DNA of 64,000 nt from Mytilus edulis. Lineage: Eukaryota. A program made the translations under genes and the position numbers. Positions within the stretch are counted from its first letter, which is position 1; every line of letters begins with the position of its first letter. The DNA is taken from the NCBI RefSeq assembly GCF_963676685.1, contig NC_092345.1:85188001-85252000 (forward strand), read 5' to 3'. The notes below the pieces were generated by a model. The model was not told where the DNA came from. It saw nothing but the letters and a program-made list of their open reading frames with translations, and did no database searches. Positions 12,701 through 24,400 of the stretch are shown here, piece by piece.

Positions 12701-15700
12701 CGTATTAAACGTAAAGGGACATAGCAACTAAACTATATTTCATATATGTAAAACACCCCTTCTGCAGATTTCGTTTAAAGTGGGCTTTTTGGGGCAGCTG
12801 CGGAGCCGGGCAATATTCGTTAGTGACCGCAAAATTTATTGTTTGTCAGTGACACTAAAAATTGAGGATGTTAAAATTATATATGTCTTATGCATTGGCT
12901 AGAAATGAAGGGGATATGATGGGCGTGAATAAAACCAGTTTAAACACGCCGCTTTTTTGTGTCTGACCAATTTCAGGAACCTTTAGCCTTTGTTGCTCTT
13001 GTATACATTTTAATTTTGGTTCATCTTTATATTTAGCAGCATAGAATGGCGTCTACATTCTTTATCTATCTATATTGTGTTTCGGGCCTGCTCAGGGCTT
13101 CCTCTAGGTGTGTGATTTTTCGCTGTGTTAATTTGTAGACCTAATGACCTTTGGTTGAATTGTATATTTTGATTTGGTTGCTGTCTTTTTGACTCATTCC
13201 CCATTTTTATTCTTTATTTTATAAATGTAGCTGTCAAAGATACTATTGTAAAAACTATATTTGCGCCATTTACAGGTAAGATTTAATTGGAAAGTATAAA
13301 ATGATTATTGCTACATCGTGATTTCATACGTATTTTTTTAAAGTCAGTGGCAGATCCAGAAATTTTCATAAGTGGGGGCCCACTGACTGACCTAAGAGGG
13401 GGCCCGCTCCAGTCACGCTTCAGTGATTCCCTATATAAGCAAACACTTTTTTTTCCCAAAAAGGGGGCCCCTGGCCCCGCCCCCTCCTAAATCCGCCTCT
13501 GAAATTATTGGGTAACTTATTAAACTGAGTCACTTAGGTTTAAACTTGAGTTATATAGAAGTGTTCACATGTTTGATATTGTCAATTATAAGTTATTTTA
13601 AACTTAATTAAATTAAACATCAACCCAACAATGTTAGATCTGTAAATTTGCTTTCGCAAATTTTTGGTTCTTCCCTCGCCAGGATTCGAACCCATGCTAC
13701 TGTGATATCGTGACACCAAATCGCCTGCACTATATATATATATATATGTTATAGAGTAAAATTACTTGGATTGTAAGATGATGAAGTTCGCAATTTGAAT
13801 ATTGCTTATAGTGATTTTTTGTATAGCTCTCCCTTTCCATTCTTAAAAAGTCAATATACATTTTAAACCTAGATTCTTATAATTGTAAACTCATTCTATT
13901 ATATCTTTTTCGCAATACAAATATTCTTTTAAAATTTTTCCAGGTTTGTTAAACATATTAACTTTGGGTTTAGATAGTGTGACCTCTAAACACTCGTGTT
14001 TGAAAGACTTGCCTTGGAACTAGACAAAAAATAACAAGATCCTCTGCATACATGAGGCACTCAATTTTGCGGTCATTTATATCAACAGCATCTAGGGTTT
14101 CATTTAATGCATCCGGTTAAATTCTTTTATAAAAATCTTAAAAAGGTTGGGATTCAAAATATCCCCTTCGTTTACTTCAATTTGGGAATACAAATTAGAA
14201 GTAAGCACATTATCTATTTTCGCACATAATTCACTTTTATTATACATATCTGTCACGATTGCATGGAAATTACTACCTATGTTTGGCGGCAAAAACACAC
14301 GTTTTTCAAAACGATGGATGTAATAATGAAAACGGAAAATATCGATCTTCAATCGGATTTAAAAAGTCTATATATATATATCGATGTAGTTTTAAAAAGA
14401 TTAATCTTATTTGAATCGATCTTTTTTCAAGGTTTAAATGTTTAGATCGATCGCTTTTGTCAGGTGAATGTTAATATATATTCAGATATGAAAATAAATC
14501 TGCGCATGTTCGGCGTGTTTAAAAATGATGGATGGAATACGAAAAGTAAACATAGATTCGGCTATTTTTTTATTATCTTCTAAATCAATAAGTTCTATTT
14601 GTTTGCTGCAAATCCTCATCTTCAAACGCATTGGCCGTTCGTTATTTAGCGATAGATATATAGTTTACACACATATCTTTGTTTAATGACTTGTGATGTA
14701 CGATCCAAAATAATGATTAATAAGTCCATACGAAATTCCAATGAGCAAACTATTTTCTCAATGATTTTGCAATGTGTTATAGTTTGCGTGAGATGCAGAA
14801 TTTCCTTTACTATTCTATTTTTAGGATTATTTGTTTACGAAAGGTAATTTATGGTCAGATCGGTTCTTTTTTTGTTGTAGTGTAAACGCATTGAATTAAA
14901 TAAGATCGATCTCGTCCATTAAGGATACATTATTTTTTTTAAATGCTTCCAGAACTTAACTTATATTAGACTCTAATAAATAAGTATCACATAAACTGTT
15001 TCAAATCCCACAATAACGGGAATAACTAAGTTCAGGTGCATGCATGATTTGTTTATCAAATGTGAATCAAACCTGAAAATTCGGTGTAAACAATATTTTT
15101 TTAACTCGCAACTCGACTTTCTTAACTCGCAACTCGACTTTTGTAACTCGCATCTCGACTTTTGTAACTCGCAACTCGACTTTTGAAACTCGCAACTCGA
15201 CTTTTGTAACTCGCAACTCGACTTTCGTAACTCGCAACTCGACTTACTCGACTTTCCTAACTCGCAACTCGACTTTCGTAACTCGCAACTCGACTTACTC
15301 GACTTTCCTAACTCGCAACTCGACTTCGTAACTCGCAACTCGACTTCGTAACTCGCAACTCGACTTTCGTAACTCGCAACTCGACTTTTGTAACTCGCAA
15401 CTCGACTTTTGTAACTCGCAACTCGACTTTCGTAACTCGCAACTAGATTTCCGTAACTCGCAACTCGACTTTCGTAACTCGCAACTCGACTTTCGTAACT
15501 CGCAACTCGACTTCCGTAACTCGCAACTCGACTTTCGTAACTCGCAACTCGACTTTCGTAACTCGCAACTCGACTTTTGTAACTCGAAACTCGACTTGCT
15601 TAACTCGCAACTCGACTTTCTTAACTCGCAACTTGCAACTCGACGATAAGAAACCCTCTCTTTTTTTTTAGCATATTCGTTTCTTTCTGTGAATGATATG

Positions 15701-18700
15701 ACACTATTTTTTCATTCATTATTTGTCACTGGAAGTTATGCAGCCATGCGTAAACCAGTACACATGACATATGTTTTTGCGCTAGCTAAACAATAAAGAA
15801 ATATTTTTAAATATATTTGATATGAATATTAAATATAAGGTCATCTATATATCTGTTACCTATCAAAATAGCAAAATACCAAGATATATTGATGTATAAC
15901 ATATACAAAAATTCGTCTAAAGTTTTGAACCGACTAGTAGAGGGGAATAACATACTTAACCCTCGCCAACACGGCTTCACGAGTAAAAGATCATGAGAAA
16001 AACAGCTCTTTGAATGCGATATAACAAAAAATTATGAAAACTGAACTAAAGATATCTACTAGACTATATATTCAAATGTTTGACAAAATATACCACGGTC
16101 TTCCCTAAACTGGAATCCGCTTGTATTATCGCCACACTCAAATACTTAAACCTCCAAATCATCTACAAATTCATCCAAGAGCATGCTTATATTTGTAATC
16201 AGCTGACATAAAAAATAAATCCAGTGTCTGCAACATGAAATATGAACTAGCACTGAAAAGCCTAAAAACGAGGCTCAAAGAATCAAGACTCGCCTATCAA
16301 AATTGCAAGTGACCGTGTAGCCATAGGAAGAGACATATATTACAATTGTATTATATGTCTCTGCCATAGGCAAACAAAAAATACTTACAAAAAAACAGCG
16401 AAAAACTGTAGTCGTACAACCAATCTTTCAAACCTATTACAACCAGCAGGCGCGGATCCAGGGGGGGGGGGGGGGGGGGGGTCCGGGTTTTTTTTTGGAC
16501 GATCAATGCATTTGAATGGGGACATGTAGTTGGAACCCCCCTTTTTGTCCTGGGTTAGGACCCCCCCCCCCCCCTTTTAAAATGGCTGGATCCGCCCCTG
16601 ACCAGCTACAAACAACTGTAGGACATGGTCGAGAACTGAAACAAATTGCCTCTGGTAATCGCCACAGCCATGTCACTTGAAATATTCAACACCATTCAAT
16701 AACCATGTATATGAAAGAAAAAAACAATGTGTATTGATTTTTGTTCTTTTAAAGAAATATGATGTAGGATACTCACTGCCACATTATTACAGTCGTTGAG
16801 AGTAAAAGCATTACATGGATTCCAAGCATAAGCATCTGCTTGTCCATTAGGGTCAATTATATCTGCATATCTGTAAAAGAATGCGCAAAAATTCTGTTTA
16901 ATTCTGTGTTATAAGACATGAGGCTCTAAAGAGCATGTGTAACTCATCTATAGGTGCATGTGCAACTTCAACAATGAATACTCTTCAACTGTGTGGACTA
17001 GGATGGAATTCATGAATTCGTGACAAAAATATGTTTTAGTGATCTTGTATTGCTGATTTTTTTTTCTGATCATAATTTCTGTTCATCTTTAGTTTTCGTC
17101 ACAATTACGCAGAAAAAAAGAAAAGTTGTCTTTTTAGGGCAGTCACTCCTATCAAGAGTCTAATAAAGATTTCAGCAAAATTTGACTCATTTGTCGATCT
17201 GATCTTGTTGATCATTTTTGCTATTAAAAGTATCTATCTATCTTTCATAGTTTGAAAGATAAACATCAAAAACACAAAAAGTCGGTAAATATAGTCATTA
17301 ATGAACAAGACCTCTTTCAGCAAGGAGTCAAAGAAAATTTCATCCAGATCAATTTGGTATTTGAAATGGCTATCTATCTGTAATAGTTTTCAAGATAAGG
17401 GGCAAAACACTAGAAATGGGTAATAAATTGTCACTAAAAGGCAGTAAATGAAATCAGGAGTCTACTAAAGAATTCGGCCATTAGACTTTTTTGTAGATCT
17501 TATCTGACTGATCATTTTTGCTATTTCAAGCTTCTATCTATCTATTGTAACTTATAAGATATATGACGAAAATGGGGGAAAAAGTGGTAACAATTGCCAC
17601 TAAAGGTCAGTAACTCTAATAAGGTATCTTAACAAGAAATCTTACAAAATTAAGAATTAGTTCCCACCCTTTTTTGATTGAAAAGGGCAGATATTTCAGA
17701 CCAAAATTTAAGAGAGAAAACAGAATATGCTTGAACTGTAATCAAATAGAGGATGAAAAACATAACCTTATTTATTGCAAAAAAATTTAAAATTATAGAA
17801 AACAACTATTTAATCAAGATCTGCGCCCTGAAAAAGTTATGAAAACCATTATTAGTTTAATTAACCCACAAAATATTGATGATACAAAAAATATATGCCA
17901 TTACATAAAATTAATTATGCTTTGAATCTTTGTAATTTTATTCATTTAACCTTGATTTGATATTTTGTCAAACATGATATATATGTATTTATGTGATGTA
18001 ATATCATGTTAATGTGGGGGAAGACATCATTAAGTCTTTCCACTTTTCTGTGGAAAGACTTATTGTTTTTCTTCTGATTATTATTTTTTTTTTCCGCCAA
18101 ATTTTGTTCTTGCGATAAATGTTTGTTTCGCAATATGTCGCTTAGATATTTCTCATATGGTATCGTATAGTTTACGCGCTTTTAAATTTTACCCTGCTAA
18201 GCCGAACCATTTTCTTTGTAAGAGTTATCTCCCTATTCACTGTTTATCATCTGTGTGCATCTCCTTCGTAACAAAAAAAGATAGCGACAAAATTCTTTTT
18301 ACAAATTGTTCGTTACATCCTCAGTAATTTTTGGCGCATTTGGAGCGAAGCGATTCGATGAAATTTTATAGGAGTTATCTACCTTTACAAAATAAATTTG
18401 TCGGTATGTTTATTTAACTCATAAACCGTTAACTGTATAACCCTGGAATGTTTTTATTTGAGTCCAATGGGTCCCAACTTAGAAAATGAGGTCAAGGTCA
18501 AAGGTCAAGGTCAAGTTCTAAATTGTGACTTTTGCTTGTTTTTGCATTTTCTCCGACACTTTGAGAGATACACATAAAAGAACAAGTGCAAATGTCAGCT
18601 TTATTGTAATGAAGATATGTTACATTTAGTCTTATACAATTAAATGGCATCTTATAGGAGTTGGTGCCCCTGAAATGTCTTGATATGAAGTTATTTGATT

Positions 18701-21179
18701 ATAACTTCAATTAAGTTCATTATAAAGACATTTGACCTCATACAAAAGGTTAAGTGACTAATGACCTTGAAAAATGGCTACCGGAAGTGACCTTTAGAAA
18801 ACCGGAAGTAGCTATTTTTGCAATTTCTTTCACCTAAAAGTACCCAGAATCCATATATTTTGTCATATAGATACATGAACAGATTACTGAAGACTAAAAA
18901 TGACTTCCAACAAACCGGAAGTGGCCAATTATCTCCCATTCTACATACAAAAGTATATAGAAACTATATATTTTTGGAATCAGTGTGAAAGAAGCTATCA
19001 TATGAGACCGGATGTGACATTAATTTCACCGGTAGTAGCATATTATCTCCCTTATATCACTCAAAAAGATAATTAAACCATCATTTATCGCATCAGTATA
19101 AAGAAACTACCTTCTTATCCAAATTACTTTAGTTTGGAAAGACTTTCAATTGTTCTCTGAACAATTGGTTTTTAATTATACTTGTATTGATTTTCCTGAT
19201 TTAATAAAAACTTGTATCATCGGACGATTTCAACTACTAAACTTATGGATCTTGTGTTGCTGATAGTTTTCAGTTTTCTGATTTATGTTTCAATCTACCT
19301 ATTTTAATTTTTCTGACATTAGACAATTTTTTTTTAAATCGTCATTAAAGGGCTATTACTCCAATCAGGAGTCGTCTGACGATTTTGACATTTTTTGTAG
19401 ATCTTATCTTGCTGATCATTTGTGCTTCTTACCGTTTCTCTATATCTATTATAATTTCAAGATAAAAGATCATAATAGGCAAAAATGGAGAAAATAAATG
19501 ATAAAATTCTTCGCTTTTAAAAGGGCAAAATCTATAGACATTAGGTAGATCAGCATTGTAAACTCGCACCTGCAAAGTGGAAAGGGATTAACATAAGTTG
19601 CAAAACTTATTTCACAATCCACTATAAATAAATATGTTTAAACTAACCATGTTCAAGAATATTGGACATTTCCAAGCGAGATAACCCTACATTTTTTTTT
19701 AATAAAAACTCTGATAGTTTTAAATTGCTCACCGAGATATATAATTTATTATGACAAATGATATCTCGTATGTGTATTAAAATTAAGTCTTTATAATTTT
19801 GGTAAATTGACATAACCTCGGTTTTGAATGTATCTGTGTTATTCAATTGTTCATTTTCCCCCCGAAATATATCATGGTCACAGTATATCAAATTCATAAA
19901 CTGTCATTTTGATTGCATTTCAAAATGCAGTTGACAACAGAAAACATTGAGTTAAAAAAAAATCTTGATAATTAGATTGTTTCATCATTTTTCAATCTTA
20001 TCTGCTATGGAAAAATTAACTGCGACGAATATCGGAATTTTTAAGAATTTTTTTAAGTCAAAGGTACAATAACCACAATAGTAACATAGGGAAAAAAGAA
20101 AAAAAGTATGAAGGCTATTTTCAAATGTCCATTGACAACAGTAAACGCTGACTTTATTTTTTTTTTTTTTTTTTTAAGTATCATATTTGGAAATCCTTCT
20201 TAAAGTTCACTTGCTATGGACATTTTTTATCACGTTTTTTGTAAAAAAAAGATATTTTAAAAATCATAACAGGGTATAAGTGTTTTCCGTTTACATCAAT
20301 GATAACTATAAAATTTATAAGATTTATCTAAGACATAGCACGTGTACTGATTAATTTAAAAATTTAAATGTCCTTCATTCTTGTGTATGGGATGACGGAC
20401 ACCAAATGTGTGAGAAGTGAACTTCGTTTGCTATTTTCTATAAAGTTTGTCATGGTTTAAATCAATCACTAAATTCCAGAATCTATAAGAATAAAACACA
20501 GTGCATTTTTGAACAGATAACTAAAAATTCATTACACAAAAGTTTAACAAAAAAAAAACCCCGAACTTGCAAAACATTTCGGGCTTTTCTCGTGTTAATT
20601 GTCGAAAAAAATAATAGAACCCTACCTTACATTCAGGAGAAGAGGGTAGTTAAAAGTAAGATATGAGAAAATCGGAAGCTAACTGATAAAAGTGAAAAGT
20701 CAACAGAATTAAACTGTGACTTGATTGATGAAGATAACCTGAGTCGTGTGTGTAAGAATGCAGTCACGGATTGATTGGAGAAAAAGAAGACATGACTGAA
20801 TGAGCCATGTAGATGAAAGGATTTGTGTCTTTTGATTTGATTAGGGACTTTCCGTTTAGAATTTTCCTCAGAGTTCAGTATTTATGTGATTTCACTTTTT
20901 TTTCGCAAACAGTGACGGTTCCTTTCCTGACATGAAATCAAATCTTATTGAGTCAGCAAAATAATTGTTAGACTCTGAACCATGTTGCTATAAATAAAAA
21001 GAACAAACTTACGCAGGGGTTCCATCCTTTTTCGCCAATGGAGTTAAATCAATTAAATGTCCAGAATCTGTTAGACAAGAACATGCTGATTTTTTAGTGC
21101 AACTCTTTGCTAGAACGTTCGAACTACATAGAATCAAAATGATACAAACACATGAACATCCAAAGGTAAATTGTAACAT
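6706..21179 (-). CDS. Cation-dependent mannose-6-phosphate receptor / ATG27-like type I membrane protein (single MRH domain), 7 exons, 243 aa
   Basis: Exons 21179-21013, 16870-16777, 11770-11643, 11106-11019, 8682-8612, 8012-7886 and 6762-6706. All introns are GT-AG with matching phases; total 732 nt. Signal peptide MLQFTFGCSCVCIILILCSSNVLA, MRH motifs IDLTPL, WNPC, VINLVCD and LKSKYVC, TM segment GLSVGSILCIGFVSLLFLYILIGILV, family tail IPNHDFWVAVPVYIKDG, C-terminal YDAI-stop. Confidence 0.88.
7712..7778 (+). repeat. (TCTTA)n microsatellite, preceded by AATAAA
   Basis: About 13 perfect pentamer units directly after aataaa; resembles a retroposon 3-prime tail. Confidence 0.9.
8900..9600 (+). 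mobile_element. Degenerate Penelope-like retroelement RT (C-terminal part) remnant
   Basis: Broken frames read HLEINN*GR*RTKLYD...DFIFTIVNFPFICSN...SYGVY...RGLLLTMKLLNQGF...RKCYGRHYELL, matching the KLYDKRDDFNFPIVNFPF / LLTRKLLNQG / RKFYGRHH motifs of mollusc Penelope-like RTs. Confidence 0.75.
9600..10585. repeat. Degenerate ~30-bp tandem array (cctcataaactgtaaggcacaccaag core), interrupted by a dispersed repeat at about 10118-10300
   Basis: The core actgtaaggcacaccaagcctcat recurs more than 20 times with decay. Confidence 0.85.
10153..10198 (-). ncRNA. Type I hammerhead ribozyme motif (A6G core variant) within a dispersed repeat
   Basis: Minus strand reads GAGCGUCA-CUGGUGA-GUC(UUAUGUA)GAC-GAAA-CGCGCG-UC-UGGCGU: stem I (GCGUCA/UGGCGU), catalytic box, stem II, GAAA, palindromic minimal stem III and a GUC cleavage triplet. 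The core has G where CUGAUGA has A. Confidence 0.75.
11906..12449 (+). repeat. 21-bp tandem array (aaagtcgagttgcgagttacg), about 26 copies
   Basis: Directly visible. Explains ORFs 11799-12476, 11838-12509 and 11851-12390. Confidence 0.97.
13345..13501. mobile_element. GC-rich MITE, CAGTGGC(A/G)GATCC-type termini
   Basis: cagtggcagatcc...atccgcctctg with flanks aaagt/aaatt; internal sequence is similar to the copy at 62495-62674. Confidence 0.8.
13610..13730 (-). mobile_element. tRNA-derived SINE fragment (5-prime truncated)
   Basis: Minus-strand Pol III B box GGTTCGAATCC at 13682-13692, with no complete cloverleaf. Confidence 0.65.
13780..14300 (-). mobile_element. Degenerate non-LTR retrotransposon (LINE) reverse transcriptase fragment
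   Basis: NIGSNFHAIVTDMYNKSELCAKID...IEVNEGDILNPNLFKIFIKEF corresponds to GVRQGDxLSPxLFxIFI. After a stop, CLMYAEDLVIF corresponds to YADD, and YKNLG further on to YKYLG. Confidence 0.8.
15101..15645 (-). repeat. Second array of the same 21-bp unit, in inverted orientation
   Basis: (taactcgcaactcgactttcg)n is the reverse complement of the 11906-12449 unit. Confidence 0.97.
16328..16363. mobile_element. 36-bp hairpin mini-element with 7-bp TSD
   Basis: ccatagg|aagagacatatattacaattgtattatatgtctctg|ccatagg. Related copies at 57341-57375 and 56387-56431. Confidence 0.7.
16447..16600. mobile_element. GC-rich MITE with 5-bp TSD (ACCAG)
   Basis: accag|caggcgcggatccag...ctggatccgcccctg|accag, with internal poly-G and poly-C runs. 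Confidence 0.88.
18029..19172 (+). mobile_element. Non-autonomous Helentron-like (HINE) element
   Basis: 5-prime hairpin aagtctttccac...gtggaaagactt, 3-prime subterminal inverted copy tggaaagactt, then hairpin caattgttc-tct-gaacaattg and a T-rich end. Confidence 0.65.
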
Positions 21180-21498
21180 TTTGAATTAAGTCAACTTACA
21201 CCTAAATCGTCATGTGATTATATTGATAATAGATACGAGAACTGAGTTTCATAGGGCTTTGTTACGTGATAACACTTTAATGTAGATAAAGATCTGAAAT
21301 GAGAGCATAGGACGTTGGACTAATCAATTACTCGACACGTTTCGTTGACTTGGGTCTATATCAATAGAAAAATTCGTTATTTTGTTACTATTTTTATTTG
21401 TATACATAGTAAGCAAGTCCGGATCTTTTTCTGGTTTTTCTCGGTAATGGGCGGAAGTTTAAAATTGTGATTTCCGGTTAAATAAAAAGAAAAACACG
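21180..21498. promoter_or_regulatory. Putative bidirectional promoter shared by the M6PR-like gene and SARNP
   Basis: Divergent ATGs at 21179 (minus) and 21499 (plus). ETS-like sites gggcggaagt (about 21449-21458) and ttccggt (about 21472-21478) lie in opposite orientations. Confidence 0.7.
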
Positions 21499-24400
21499 AT
21501 GGAAGACTTGAGCACTTTGAAGGTTTTTAAAATAAGTTTCTCCACAATCATAAACATAATGCGTTAAAAAAAATAATGTCAAAAGTAATCATGATAAAAA
21601 CTATTCTCATATGGCGAGAATCGGGGGTCAATTTGTCATTTTGGGAGCATGGTTGAATGTTCATGGAATGGCAAAAATGAATTTGTATGACAATACACCT
21701 TATCGCTAATCCCGGCTGACCCGGCCGCTTGAACTTTTGACGTCAACAACAATCACTTTTCCATTGTGGCGTCAGATATTTTGTTTTATGACGTCAAAAT
21801 TTTAGGGGAACCTGTGTGATTTCCAGCAATGGCGGACAAATAGCGATAAGGTGTATGAGAGTAGGTGCCCTGTACTGCCAGGTGTCAAACGGCCATTTTC
21901 GGTTATCGTTTACGTTAGCGTCAAATTGGTTGACATTTTATCGTGATTCATCAAAATAACCTTATTGTGATTCGTCAAATAACCTTATTGTGATTCGTCA
22001 GAGGTCTCATATTTTTTTATCGAGGGTGAAGCCCTGTGGAGGGTCCAGGGGGGGCTTTGCCCCCTGTAAGCTCCTGGGTTTAAGGAAAAGGAGATACTAT
22101 GGTCAAATTAATAAAAAATAACTTGTAATTTTGGCATTTTTTTTTCAATGGTGTAGCTTTGATGTGTTACCAGAAAGCCTAAAAAAAATAGTTTTGAAAA
22201 TGTGATGTACAAGCATAAATTTCAATCCTCTTGGTTCAGTGTCTTTTCCTGCAAGACACCGACTGTGACTGTCACATGTACAAGAAACATATTATTATAT
22301 TTCATGAATAAATATTATAATTTATCATAGGCTGCACCCATACATCATACCATATTTGCATTTTGACTAAGATGTTTTTATGTGTAACAGTATAAATATT
22401 TACATTCTAATTATATTTTTTATGACAATCAATGAAAAACATTCATGGCTTATCTCCACTGACAATAAAACATTTACCCTTGTATTTTGAGGGACGAAAG
22501 TTATCATGCTTAACAGTAACACTTTGGTATTTTTGATAAGTAAAGTTCTATGTACCGTAGTTTAAGTTACTTGGTAAGAGAAATAAGCCACTAATTTTTC
22601 TCATTGGACCCTGTAATTGAGTACTTAAATACAAATATTATTATATCAATCTGATTTATTTGATTCTATTAAAACATGTTGTTATTTTCATTTTGTTCAT
22701 CATCATCATCCTCATTATCATCATCATCTATATACATTTTTTTGATTGCAGCCTGCACTTCAAGCCTTACCTCCTCTCTGTCACTTAAACTTGTAAGAGA
22801 AACAGGCTCTGTCTGTACTGACATGTCTTGTACTTCAGTAATATTTGGAATAGGATTTTGTTCGTTTTTCATTCTACAATTTTGTTTTACTGCAAGTTTC
22901 CTCCTGTTTTAAGTTCCTATCCATGTTTCCACTGCTTTTGGTACAGTGAAACCTGTCCAAACCGAACACCCATGGGACTTTGTGTTTTGTTCGGTTTTCA
23001 CAGGTGTTCGGATTGTGGAGGTAAACGGAAGTGGACAGCAAAATGATTTAGACACTGACGACGGACACCAAATAATACACCAGACGACGGACACCAAGTA
23101 ATACAACAGATGACAAGTATTGTCGTGTTGGTTTCAATATAAAATAAAATAAAATATATCAAAAAGTTATTTTATAGATGCAGAAAAAACAATTACAATT
23201 TTTAATGAACAATAAAGTGCAAGTTCAAACTGTTAATCGATCTCATTGTACAGAGAAATAATTATCCAATGTTGTCTGACGTGTAGCTAGTTTGCTTTTT
23301 ACAATCAAGTCCTCGGTCATTGAAATCATTTGTTCCGTTTGATCTAGGTAACGGCTATCCTTAGAAATAGAAAAATTGCGCAACTTTGTCAATAAATCCA
23401 AAATGTCAGTATGGTTCATATCGGAACCGGGTTGAACCTCTGTTGGAATGTCTGTGTCAATATCTTCGTCGGATTCGATTAAAGTATCTCCAGTAAATTC
23501 CCTGATTAAGTCCGTTTCCCACTCACTATCAAATGCTGATTCGGTGGCCAAATTGTCATCAACATCGTCAGCTTCTGTAATTTGTACACTCGGATCCCTT
23601 GACCTTAATTGTTCCACTAAATCGGCTAACGGTATGTCGTCATCCGGGTCTTCAGGCTCATCTACAATTGTTGGGGCCTCTAAGGGGAATCCCGCATCAC
23701 GAAAACATGATTCAATTGTTGTGGATTTAGTTTCGTTCCACGACTTCTTAATCCAGTGAATGGCTTTTAAAACGTTTATTTCTTTGCAAAGTTCAGTAAC
23801 TGTATTGCAGTTGTCAATTTGTGGCAGTAAATGTTTGATCATGTGCTTTCTATATCTCGCTTTAAAGGCACGAATAATACCCAAATCAAGTGGCTGTAGT
23901 TTAGAAGTCGTATTTGCTGGGAAAAACTTCAATTCAACATTACTAAGCTTTAGATTGTGCGAGTGAGAAGTTGCATTGTCAAGGAAAATTACGATTTTCC
24001 TAGATTTTTTCCGCATGTCCCGATTAATGTCCTTTACCCATTCAGTGAAAAATGTGCTATTCATCCAGGACTTTTTGTTAGCCTTCCAAGTCACAGGAAG
24101 CGATTTAACATCCAAATTGCGAAAACATCTAGGTTTATTAGCGTTACCAATGACTAAAGGTTTTAGTTTCTCGCCTCTGACACTACAACACAGCATAACA
24201 GTAAGCCTTTGTTTTGACATTTTACCCCCTTTACATTCTTTCCCACGCTCCGCTAATGTCTTGTCAGGAAGGGCACGAAAGAAAAGGCCTGTTTCATCAG
24301 CATTGAACGTATCCCTTGGGTCATAATCTTTAACAATTTCGGGTAATTTACTTTTAAATTCTGCAACAACGTTTAGATTCACATCAGCACTTTCCCCGCA

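Noticed and set aside
13670-13730. tRNA gene
   Set aside because: Only a B box and partial arm are present; context fits a SINE fragment.
19643-19897. 84-aa minus-strand ORF in receptor intron 1
   Set aside because: No recognisable domain or splice support; within the range of chance ORFs.
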